A DNA stretch of 32,000 bases from Candidatus Lokiarchaeum ossiferum (GTDB taxonomy: Archaea; Asgardarchaeota; Lokiarchaeia; Sigyniarchaeales; Promethearchaeaceae): contig CP104013.1 in assembly GCA_025839675.1 (NCBI GenBank), positions 1,680,001-1,712,000 on the forward strand. The letters run 5' to 3'. The notes below the pieces were generated by a model. The model saw only the letters and a list, made by a program, of their open reading frames with translations. It was not told the origin of the DNA and did no database searches. Numbering within the stretch: the first letter of the stretch is position 1; each line of letters opens with the position of its first letter. The translations under genes and the position numbers were made by a program. Positions 1 through 7,330 of the stretch are shown piece by piece.

Positions 1-1041
1 GATAAATTCTGGATCCAGATATAAATATAAAGTAATATTATAGATAGAATATAAAAGCATGACAAAGCTAATTAACCCAAATGTAAAGAAATCAAAAACA
101 CCAGCCCTTTTTGTTGAACCTTTTTTTCGACTTAAAATTATTTGTATAATTAGAAAAACGGATACCAAAAATAATCCCAAGTATAGAAGAGGAAAAATTT
201 TATCCATTTCCTTATTATAAATTGAAAAAGCTTGAACAGGGTAATATTTTCCAAGAACATCTAATGTAAAAGTGACTGTTCCATAACGGATGAACCAAGC
301 TACAAAAAAGAGTGCGCCAATGATGACGAAGGGGATAATAAAGGCCAAAAAATATAGAAAAGGAGAATAATTTTCTGAAAATCGCTTTTCTACCTTCGTA
401 GCACCAGATCTCGCAGCAGTATATATCCGAACGGACTGAAAAATTAACCAAATCATAGCCAAGATTAAAAGAAATGAATACAATTCGAATGAACTATCAT
501 TTAAAAATTGTGCCAAAAAATAATTTCCAAAAGTCAGAAGAAGGACCGAAAGAAGATGTTTTAAAAGATATAATTTCCCAAAAAACCAAGTAAGAAACTT
601 CTCATTGCAACAAGCGAGGCTTAACATCACAAAAGTGAACGTAACAGCAGTCGCTAAAGTGTAGAGATGTGCACCCCCAAAAGATAAAATAGTAAGCAAA
701 GTATCAAGGAAGGACCCAGATTCTATATCTGAGTTCATTCGAGCAAAAAATACGAATGAATAAAGCAAGAAAAAGAAAATTAGACCCAACATACGCTTTC
801 CTAAATAAGAGTGTTTTTCTCCTTGAGTTTGTTTTTTTGTCCTTCCAAGAAATAATTCACGAAAATAAATGAGTTTTTGCTGAACCTTGGTTAAAAAAGC
901 GTTTTTTTTTTGGGAAGAGGGATCTTGGGCAATAATTCGACTATATTTGTTTCCCAATGCGTTTTTTGAACCATCTACTGAAGGTTCAGATCTCTTTTCT
1001 TCGTTTTTTTTATTATTTGAAGATGGCTCATCTACATTCAT
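1..1041 (-). CDS. Polytopic membrane protein, C-terminal part cut off by the window edge (at least 347 aa)
   Basis: This ORF is absent from the supplied track because it has no stop inside the window. I checked every plus-strand frame-1 triplet from 1 to 1059 for tta/cta/tca (minus-strand stops). There is none until tta at 1060-1062. The ATG (cat) lies at 1039-1041. The translation starts MNVDEPSSNNKKNEEKRSEPSVDGSKN (charged). Long hydrophobic segments follow (LGLIFFFLLYSFVFF, LYTLATAVTFTFVMLSLA, LYSFLLILAMIWLIF, FLAFIIPFVIIGALFFVAWF, LLYLGLFLVSVFLIIQII). An alternative ATG lies at 792-790. Confidence 0.55.
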   Translation of the reverse strand, partial: MNVDEPSSNNKKNEEKRSEPSVDGSKNALGNKYSRIIAQDPSSQKKNAFLTKVQQKLIYFRELFLGRTKKQTQGEKHSYLGKRMLGLIFFFLLYSFVFFARMNSDIESGSFLDTLLTILSFGGAHLYTLATAVTFTFVMLSLACCNEKFLTWFFGKLYLLKHLLSVLLLTFGNYFLAQFLNDSSFELYSFLLILAMIWLIFQSVRIYTAARSGATKVEKRFSENYSPFLYFLAFIIPFVIIGALFFVAWFIRYGTVTFTLDVLGKYYPVQAFSIYNKEMDKIFPLLYLGLFLVSVFLIIQIILSRKKGSTKRAGVFDFFTFGLISFVMLLYSIYNITLYLYLDPEFI

Positions 1042-1144
1042 TGTATATCCATATATTTGTTACTTCAACTAAAAAAAATTCCCATTGGTAAAATTCTATT
1101 ATATCCCAAGTTTTTATAATAATAACCATTTTTTTGGAGATATT

Positions 1145-1879
1145 ATGAATATGGATTGTGATCGATGTGGAAGGTGCTGCTATGAATTCTCACATCAAAT
1201 CCATTTTCTTTCCGATGAAAAGTTTATATTAAAGCCTATTGAGTTTCAAGATAGTTTTGTTGAAGAAAAAGTTCAGTTATATCATAAATACATGGATAAG
1301 TTCAAAAAAAAAACTCAAAATAAAATGAGGTTCTTTATCCCCACAAAAAAGCAAATATTTCCATATCTTAATTCCCAATCTCAGAAATATTTAATAGATG
1401 AAATGGTGCACCCTAATGAATGTATGTTTTTAAGTTGGCAAGAAAGATTAGCTTCTTGTGAAATTCATCAATACAATCCTCAAATGTGTAAAGATTATCC
1501 CACTGCTAAAGGAGGAGTGTGCAAAGGACATCCTGAAAAAAAATATACAAAACATTTTTATTATTATCAAAAACAGAAAATTGGGTTTGCAATACAAGCT
1601 TTGGAACAAATCTATTCTGAAAGAATTAATAGGCCTATAGCTTTTGAAATATTAACGATTTTGATGGATTTTGGAGATTTTAATCTAGATCAACTAATGG
1701 TTTTTTTTGAAAAAGACTTTTTCTACTCAAAATCAGAAATAGTGAAAGCTATGGATGATTTAAAAGATCTTGGTTTAATATTTCAAGAACAAAATCGCAT
1801 TCAAGGGATATCGTTAAAAGAAGTAGAAGCTCAAATAGATGAGGTTATGAAGAGGAGAGGATGGCAATATCCTCATTAA
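1145..1879 (+). CDS. YkgJ/UPF0153-type CxxCxxCC cysteine-cluster (putative Fe-S/Zn) protein fused to a C-terminal winged-helix-like domain
   Basis: The N-terminus reads MNMDCDRCGRCCYEF (CxxCxxCC). A later stretch, CEIHQYNPQMCKDYP, matches the family C-x-I-Y/H-x-x-R/N-P-x-x-C-x-x-Y/F-P signature. The C-terminal 80 aa (IAFEILTILMDFGDFNLDQLMVFF...SKSEIVKAMDDLKDLGLIFQEQNRIQGIS) has the helix-turn-helix plus L..L...GLI wing pattern. The track start at 1085 is a TTG. I prefer the ATG at 1145, just before the Cys motif. Confidence 0.6.
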   Translation: MNMDCDRCGRCCYEFSHQIHFLSDEKFILKPIEFQDSFVEEKVQLYHKYMDKFKKKTQNKMRFFIPTKKQIFPYLNSQSQKYLIDEMVHPNECMFLSWQERLASCEIHQYNPQMCKDYPTAKGGVCKGHPEKKYTKHFYYYQKQKIGFAIQALEQIYSERINRPIAFEILTILMDFGDFNLDQLMVFFEKDFFYSKSEIVKAMDDLKDLGLIFQEQNRIQGISLKEVEAQIDEVMKRRGWQYPH

Positions 1880-1924
1880 AACATAAAAATTAAAAGCATT
1901 TATCGATGAGGTTACTTAGAGAAT

Positions 1925-2215
1925 ATGATAGAAAATTCCCAATATGAGAATGTTCCAAAAGAAAAAGTTTCAGAATTTGTATTACGTGCCATTGGAATGT
2001 TGATGGAAGGACAAGTTTCGGAAACGATTATCTTATCCAGTCATAAAATTAATTCTATCCTCCAAGAAAAATTGGGAAAAAGTTTGAAAGTGGATCGAAT
2101 CGGAAGAGCTTTAGCTCGAATTGCACGCAAGAATGAATTGAAGAAAATGAGCACCAGAGTTCCAAAATATATTCTTAAAAAATCCCAATTTAATAAACTG
2201 TCGGTTCCAGAATAA
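1925..2215 (+). CDS. Small basic hypothetical protein (96 aa)
   Basis: Clean ORF with an ATG start, co-directional with its neighbours. It is lysine/arginine-rich (RIGRALARIARKNELKK). I recognise no motif. Confidence 0.4.
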   Translation: MIENSQYENVPKEKVSEFVLRAIGMLMEGQVSETIILSSHKINSILQEKLGKSLKVDRIGRALARIARKNELKKMSTRVPKYILKKSQFNKLSVPE

Positions 2216-2286
2216 ATTGTTCCTTACTTTTTCTTAAAACATATTGTAAATCATTAAATAACCAGAGAATTTTAATGTGAGAAATT

Positions 2287-3048
2287 ATGAGTAAATCTTC
2301 AACATCGGGTTTAACATCAACTGAGAGACAATTCAATCATTTAATTCAAGATGGAATATCAAGTTATAAACGTGCCATTGAAGCAAAAACAGTCAAAAAC
2401 ACAGTCAAACTTGCTCAATCATGTATAGATAAATTAGAAAAGGCAGTCCAACTAACTAAAATTATTGGCAATGAAGAACGTAACCCTTATATCTACGAAT
2501 ATATCACATTATCTAGCGCTTTAATTGGGAATACTTATATCACCAATAAGGATCTTCTTAATGCGATTGAGCAATTTCAATCTGCCTTAGAAAACAATAA
2601 AAAAACACTAGGTAATGAAGAAACAAATATAAGAGAGTTATATTTTTTATCAAAATTGATGAATATTGCAGAACTTCAAGAAAATTGGAGAATTGCCGAC
2701 AAATATGCAATTCGAATGTATCCAATTGCAAAAAAATTAGAAGATTCGGAAAAAGCGATGGATTATTTTACAGAAATTAAGGATGTGTTCATTAAAAGTA
2801 AAAATTTGGATATGATCAACAATTCATACACTCAACTACTTAAAATTTGTAAGAAATCTAAGGGATTTGAAAAACTTAAACTTTCGATCGCTGAAATCTA
2901 TAGTGATTATGCAAATTATTTGGAAGTAGTCTTAAATAAAAAGAAGAAAGCAAAATCATATTTTAGACAGGCAAAAGATTTGTTTAGCGAAATTTCATTA
3001 AGTGAAAAAGCTCAAGAAATGAGTACACGAATCGAAAAGTTGCAATAA
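2287..3048 (+). CDS. All-helical TPR-like repeat protein, function unknown
   Basis: A 253-aa ORF with repeated A/Y/L-spaced helical hairpin patterns (AIEQFQSALENNKK; IAEIYSDYANYLEVVL..AKSYFRQAKDLFSE). It sits immediately upstream of dnaK. Confidence 0.5.
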   Translation: MSKSSTSGLTSTERQFNHLIQDGISSYKRAIEAKTVKNTVKLAQSCIDKLEKAVQLTKIIGNEERNPYIYEYITLSSALIGNTYITNKDLLNAIEQFQSALENNKKTLGNEETNIRELYFLSKLMNIAELQENWRIADKYAIRMYPIAKKLEDSEKAMDYFTEIKDVFIKSKNLDMINNSYTQLLKICKKSKGFEKLKLSIAEIYSDYANYLEVVLNKKKKAKSYFRQAKDLFSEISLSEKAQEMSTRIEKLQ

Positions 3049-3117
3049 ACTACTTTTTTATTTATACATATTGCTTTTTAAATGATAGTTTTTCACCTTC
3101 TATATATTTGCCAACCA

Positions 3118-3128
3118 AAAGTTGTCAA
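3118..3128. repeat. Copy 1 of an exact 11-nt direct repeat aaagttgtcaa upstream of dnaK
   Basis: Read directly from the sequence. The identical 11-mer recurs exactly 70 bp downstream. Confidence 0.6.
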
Positions 3129-3131
3129 TTC

Positions 3132-3145
3132 CGAAAATTTTAAAT
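3132..3145 (+). promoter_or_regulatory. Candidate archaeal BRE/TATA element for dnaK (cgaaaa + ttttaaat)
   Basis: A purine-rich cgaaaa is directly followed by ttttaaat about 70 nt upstream of the dnaK ATG. This matches the general archaeal BRE-TATA layout. A second AT-rich box (attaatattagataaaaatt, about 3160-3180) is an alternative. Confidence 0.3.
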
Positions 3146-3187
3146 GTCTAGATTTCTTCATTAATATTAGATAAAAATTGATGACTC

Positions 3188-3198
3188 AAAGTTGTCAA
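3188..3198. repeat. Copy 2 of the 11-nt direct repeat aaagttgtcaa, 17 nt upstream of the dnaK ATG
   Basis: Read directly from the sequence. It lies between the candidate TATA box and the start codon, which is an operator-like position. Confidence 0.6.
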
Positions 3199-3214
3199 AA
3201 ATTAAGTGATAAAC

Positions 3215-5191
3215 ATGTCTGAAACAAAAAACACAAAAAAAGAAAAAATCATCGGTATCGATTTAGGTACCTCTAACAGTGCCGCAGCTGTTATGATCGG
3301 TGGTAAGTCAGAAATTATTCCTGCAGCAGAAGGCGTTTCCATTGGTGGAAAAGCTTTTCCAAGTTATGTTGCATTCATGAAAGACGGAACACGTTTAGTT
3401 GGAGAACCTGCTCGAAGACAAGCAGTGTCCAATCCTGAACGTACTATTCGAAAAATTAAAAGAAAAATGGGTACCAGTCATAAAATTAGTATTGATGGAA
3501 AAAATTACACCCCAGAAGATATCAGTTCTATGATTTTATCCAAAATCAAAGCAGATGCAGAAGACTATCTTGGTGAAAAAATCGAGAAAGCAGTCATTAC
3601 AGTTCCTGCATATTTCAACGACTCTCAACGAACCGCAACTAAAGATGCTGGACGAATTGCGGGTTTAGATGTCGTACGTATCATTAACGAACCTACTGCA
3701 GCATGTTTAGCCTATGGAATTGATAAAGCAGACGGGAAAGGTGAAAAAATTGCCATTCTTGATTTAGGTGGTGGAACTTTTGATGTTACGCTCATGGACT
3801 TCGAATCTGGAGTGTTTGAAGTGTTATCCACATCTGGAGATACCGCTTTAGGTGGTACTGATATGGATGAGGAAATCAAAAAATGGATTCTCTCCGAATT
3901 CAAACGCCAAACAGATGTCGATTTAAGCGCTGATCCACAAGCAATGATGCGAATTATTGAAGGAGCAGAAAAAGCAAAAATAGATCTTTCTTCGACCTTT
4001 TCAACCCGAATAAACTTACCGTTTATTGCTATGGGAAAAGATGGACAACCTTTAAGTCTTGATTTGGAATTAACTCGAGCTAAATTAGAAGAATTGATTA
4101 GTCATATTTTAGATCGATTGAAACCCCCAATGGAAAAAGCACTACGTGATTCAAAATTATCCAAAAGTGCAATCAACCGAATTATTATGGTTGGGGGTCC
4201 TTCCAGAATGCCTTCGGTACAAAAAGCATATTCCGACTTCTTTGGACGAAAAGTCGAAAAAGGTGTTGATCCAATGGAATGTGTTGCCCAAGGTGCTGCA
4301 ATTCAAGGAGGAGTACTCTCTGGAGAAGTTGAGGATTTATTGCTCTTAGATGTTACCCCATTGTCCTTAAGTATCGAAACCCTCGGAGGTGTTGCAACAC
4401 CTTTAATCGAACGAAATACAACAATTCCAGTGGAACGAGCCAAAGTATTCTCTACTGCAGCCAATAACCAACCATCTGTAGAAATTCATGTATTACAAGG
4501 AGAGAGACCGATGGCACAAGACAATATTACTCTTGGAAAATTCCATTTAGACGGAATCCCTCCAGCCCCACGTGGAACACCTCAAATTGAAGTGAAATTT
4601 TCCATCGATGCTAATGGAATTGTAAATGTCACCGCCAAGGATTTAGGAACTCAAAGAGAACAATCTATCACCATCACAGGCCAATCGAAACTTTCTGAAG
4701 AAGAAATTCAGAAAAAGATTCGAGATGCAGAATTACATGCTGATGAAGATAAAGTTGTCCGTGAAAAAATAGAAGCCAAAAACACTGCCGATGGAATGGC
4801 TTTCCAAGCAGAAAAAATGATGGCCGATAATGCGGATAAAATGGATGAAGACTTAAAGAATGATCTTATCAAAGCCATTCAAGATGTTAAAGATGCAGTA
4901 GCAGCCGATGAATTGAATCGAATCAATGAAACCAAAGATGCTTTGGAAAAACTATTGCACAAGTTGGCAGAAAAAATATACGCACAAGGTGGAGCCCCAG
5001 GTGGTCCCGGTGGAATGGGAGGAATGACCCCAGAACAAGCCGCAGCTTTTGCACAACAAGCAGCTCAACAAGGCGGAGCCCCCGGAGGACCTGGATTTGG
5101 AAACATGGGTGGAGCCACTTACGATAACCCTAACGATAACGACAAGAAAAAGAAGAAAAAAGTCGTTGACGTTGACTGGGAAGATGATTAA
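3215..5191 (+). CDS. dnaK: Hsp70 chaperone DnaK
   Basis: Hallmark motifs are present: [64 protein letters not shown] and [10 protein letters not shown]. The track start at 3206 is a GTG. The ATG at 3215 ([18 protein letters not shown]) is the more likely start. Confidence 0.97.
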   Translation: MSETKNTKKEKIIGIDLGTSNSAAAVMIGGKSEIIPAAEGVSIGGKAFPSYVAFMKDGTRLVGEPARRQAVSNPERTIRKIKRKMGTSHKISIDGKNYTPEDISSMILSKIKADAEDYLGEKIEKAVITVPAYFNDSQRTATKDAGRIAGLDVVRIINEPTAACLAYGIDKADGKGEKIAILDLGGGTFDVTLMDFESGVFEVLSTSGDTALGGTDMDEEIKKWILSEFKRQTDVDLSADPQAMMRIIEGAEKAKIDLSSTFSTRINLPFIAMGKDGQPLSLDLELTRAKLEELISHILDRLKPPMEKALRDSKLSKSAINRIIMVGGPSRMPSVQKAYSDFFGRKVEKGVDPMECVAQGAAIQGGVLSGEVEDLLLLDVTPLSLSIETLGGVATPLIERNTTIPVERAKVFSTAANNQPSVEIHVLQGERPMAQDNITLGKFHLDGIPPAPRGTPQIEVKFSIDANGIVNVTAKDLGTQREQSITITGQSKLSEEEIQKKIRDAELHADEDKVVREKIEAKNTADGMAFQAEKMMADNADKMDEDLKNDLIKAIQDVKDAVAADELNRINETKDALEKLLHKLAEKIYAQGGAPGGPGGMGGMTPEQAAAFAQQAAQQGGAPGGPGFGNMGGATYDNPNDNDKKKKKKVVDVDWEDD

Positions 5192-5223
5192 GTCCCAAAA
5201 AAAAGATTGGGCCGAAATTCCAT

Positions 5224-5237
5224 CCCCCCTTTTTTTT
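5224..5237 (+). terminator. Candidate oligo-T terminator/attenuator between dnaK and dnaJ (cccccc + T8)
   Basis: A T8 run at 5230-5237 lies 39 nt after the dnaK stop. It is preceded by a small cccaa...ttggg hairpin at about 5194-5211. Archaeal RNA polymerase terminates at oligo-T tracts. Confidence 0.3.
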
Positions 5238-5329
5238 AAAAATTCTATTTATAGAAAATTTCAATTACATAGAAAGATTCATATCAATTATTCATTCTCA
5301 GAAATAGCCAAACGGTAGACGATTCACAA

Positions 5330-6421
5330 ATGTCCAGCAATAAAAATAAACGCGATTATTATGAAGTTCTTGGTATTGATAAAAGTGCTTCAGATGCAGA
5401 TATCAAACGAGCCTTTCGTAAATTAGCAATGAAATGGCATCCTGACAAAAATAAAGCCCCTGAAGCTCAAGAAAAATTTAAAGAAATTAATGAAGCCTAT
5501 ATGGTCCTTTCCGATGGAGATAAGCGAGCAAAATATGATCGATTTGGATTTAATGGATTGGATTTTGGCGAGGGAGGTTTCTCCGGGGGAGGATTTTCTT
5601 CTTTTTCGGACATTATGGATATGTTTTTTGGCGGTATGGGAGGCATGGGCGGATTCGGAGGCCGACAATCTGGAGGAAGACGTCGACGCCAAGTACACGG
5701 TGAAGATATTGAGACGACCGTTTCCATTGATTTTATGGAAGCTGTTTTTGGTGTTAAAAAGGAAATTGAATACTCCCGTTATGAGCCTTGTGGAACTTGC
5801 GATGGAAAAGGTGGAAAAAATGTACAAAAGTGTACCACTTGTAATGGAAGTGGGCAAGAGACGCGTACAACTCGTTCATTATTAGGTTTAATGCAGCAAG
5901 TAGTCACATGCTCTCGTTGTAATGGATCAGGAGAAATTGTGAAAACTCCGTGTAAAGTATGCAAAGGAAGAAAAGTTGTTTCAAAGAAAAATAAAACTTC
6001 CATCGACATTCCTGCAGGAGTAGATAATGACATGCATTTGAAAGTTCAAGGTCATGGACAAATTCCCACTAAAGATGCGATTCCAGGAGATCTTTATATT
6101 CGTATCAGAGTTAAAAAAGATGGTCGATTTAATCGGGAAGGAAGCGATCTCTTCAGTGATGTTAACATTTCGTTTATTGAAGCCATCAAAGGATGTGAAA
6201 CTACCATTGAAACGGTAGATGGTCCTAAAAAAATTAAAATACCCGCAGGAACCCAACCTGAAACTACGATGCGCTTACGCAACAAAGGTATTCCAGATTT
6301 AAACACGCGTGGAAAAACCCGAGGTAATCATTTCATTAATATTAAGATTACAATTCCAAAATATAGTGATCTTTCCAAAGATCAAAAACATCTCATTGAC
6401 AATTATGAAAAATCAATTTAA
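5330..6421 (+). CDS. dnaJ: Type I Hsp40 co-chaperone DnaJ
   Basis: The J domain reads DYYEVLGI...[19 protein letters not shown]-rich linker follows ([30 protein letters not shown]). Four CxxCxGxG zinc-finger repeats are present ([32 protein letters not shown]), followed by a C-terminal substrate-binding domain. Confidence 0.95.
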   Translation: MSSNKNKRDYYEVLGIDKSASDADIKRAFRKLAMKWHPDKNKAPEAQEKFKEINEAYMVLSDGDKRAKYDRFGFNGLDFGEGGFSGGGFSSFSDIMDMFFGGMGGMGGFGGRQSGGRRRRQVHGEDIETTVSIDFMEAVFGVKKEIEYSRYEPCGTCDGKGGKNVQKCTTCNGSGQETRTTRSLLGLMQQVVTCSRCNGSGEIVKTPCKVCKGRKVVSKKNKTSIDIPAGVDNDMHLKVQGHGQIPTKDAIPGDLYIRIRVKKDGRFNREGSDLFSDVNISFIEAIKGCETTIETVDGPKKIKIPAGTQPETTMRLRNKGIPDLNTRGKTRGNHFINIKITIPKYSDLSKDQKHLIDNYEKSI

Positions 6422-6431
6422 CCCAATAAGT

Positions 6432-6445
6432 AAAAAAATTTTTTT
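6432..6445. terminator. A7T7 palindrome, a candidate bidirectional oligo-T terminator between convergent genes
   Basis: The sequence aaaaaaattttttt presents a T7 run on both strands. It lies 11 nt after the dnaJ stop and about 75 nt after the stop of the convergent 6521-7213 gene. Confidence 0.35.
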
Positions 6446-6520
6446 CTTTCCTTTCATCTAACAACGGAAGCGGTTCCAATTCATAACAATAAAATGATGT
6501 GACTTTATCCCTTTTTCCCA

Positions 6521-7213
6521 TTAAGCAAACTCAATAAAAACTTGCCCATTAATGATCTTCTGCAACTTAATCAATAAATCATCGTTCACTGTATAATACT
6601 TATGTTTACCATTATTAGTCAATTCTGTTAAAACAAGACTCCGTTCCTCCAAAATCTGTAAATGTTTTTGGACGGTACTATAATGCATATCCAATGTTTT
6701 AGCGACTTGACTCAAAGTTGCATTATGATCCTTTAAGAAGTCAATAATGAGCTTAATTTTGTCATTTTGTAATAAAAATAAGTCAAATTCATGATTCATG
6801 TAGGTTTTATTTTCAAAATAGCCAAAACTTCGATTGTACTGAATTTTCTTGGTAAAACCAAATTTTTCTAACATTCCCATGTGCCAATTGAATTCATTGG
6901 AGCCCAAATTTAATTCTCGGCGAATCAATCGATTATAAGCTCCAGGATTTCTTTGAATAAAATGTAAAATCTTTTGACGTACTCGATTTGAAGAAATTTC
7001 ATCTTTAGTGAGTGAAGTCCCCTGAATAAAATATCGTTTTTGAATCAGAGTATTAACCGCTTTAGTAATCTCAGTTTCAGAATATTTGCTGCCCAGAATC
7101 CTATAACATATTGGTAGAATCGTATTTAGATCGAAATGCTTCAATTTTTTCATATATTTTTGCATGACCTTATAGGCATTGATTTCAATTTCTGACAGGG
7201 GTTCAAATTTCAT
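6521..7213 (-). CDS. Transcriptional regulator with tandem winged-helix domains (ArsR/TrmB-like C-terminal wHTH)
   Basis: The C-terminal segment KIKLIIDFLKDHNATLSQVAKTLDMHYSTVQKHLQILEERSLVLTE is a classic ArsR-type HTH. An upstream segment, RQKILHFIQRNPGAYNRLIRRELNLGSNEFNWHMGMLEKFGFT, is a second wHTH-like unit. Confidence 0.6.
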   Translation of the reverse strand: MKFEPLSEIEINAYKVMQKYMKKLKHFDLNTILPICYRILGSKYSETEITKAVNTLIQKRYFIQGTSLTKDEISSNRVRQKILHFIQRNPGAYNRLIRRELNLGSNEFNWHMGMLEKFGFTKKIQYNRSFGYFENKTYMNHEFDLFLLQNDKIKLIIDFLKDHNATLSQVAKTLDMHYSTVQKHLQILEERSLVLTELTNNGKHKYYTVNDDLLIKLQKIINGQVFIEFA

Positions 7214-7330
7214 AAAAATTCCACACGATCCTACTATAATGTAACTATAAAACCTCTATTATTAAAAATTTATAGAAAATTTCTTAACTCATTTTTTCAA
7301 GATGAGGTAATGAATTTGATATCTGAAGTT

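Noticed and set aside
901-911. Homopolymer tracts as phase-variation switches. Examples are T10 at 902-911, A10 at 10051-10060 and the A9 near the GNAT 3' end encoding KKK.
   Set aside because: Such runs are expected in very AT-rich, Lys-rich genomes. Those inside genes sit in frames that remain open, and I see no evidence of frameshifted pseudogenes.
887-1072. A 61-aa plus-strand ORF and the 215-451 minus-strand ORF at the left edge.
   Set aside because: Both overlap the much longer open minus-strand frame (1-1041), which encodes a coherent membrane protein.
2287-3048. I considered whether the gene upstream of dnaK is a divergent GrpE or an alpha-SNAP-like protein. The hexapeptide SIAEIY followed by KA..Y(F)..A recalls human alpha-SNAP as I remember it.
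   Set aside because: The protein has no GrpE-like architecture or motifs. A six-residue match within generic TPR-like hairpins is not evidence of SNAP homology. I kept it as a TPR-like protein of unknown function.
3712-5318. Overlapping ORFs within or at the end of dnaK (3712-3903 minus, 4146-4349 plus, 5049-5318 plus).
   Set aside because: They are nested in the strongly supported dnaK frame. I recognise no motifs, and 5049-5318 is simply the +1 frame of the repetitive tail running into the spacer.
5423-6306. Several track ORFs of 70-144 aa, antisense or out of frame, inside dnaJ (5423-5857 minus, 5490-5885 plus, 5497-5727 minus, 5779-6033 minus, 5981-6256 minus, 6094-6306 minus).
   Set aside because: They lie wholly inside a gene with unambiguous J-domain, G/F and zinc-finger motifs. 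Their translations are low-complexity or Pro/Ser-rich mirror images of the G/F region. They have no independent start context.
6521-7213. The tandem winged-helix protein as an ESCRT-II (Vps22/Vps25-like) subunit.
   Set aside because: The C-terminal unit has a textbook ArsR-type DNA-recognition helix. No ESCRT-III, Vps4 or ubiquitin-system genes are nearby. A transcription factor is the simpler reading.
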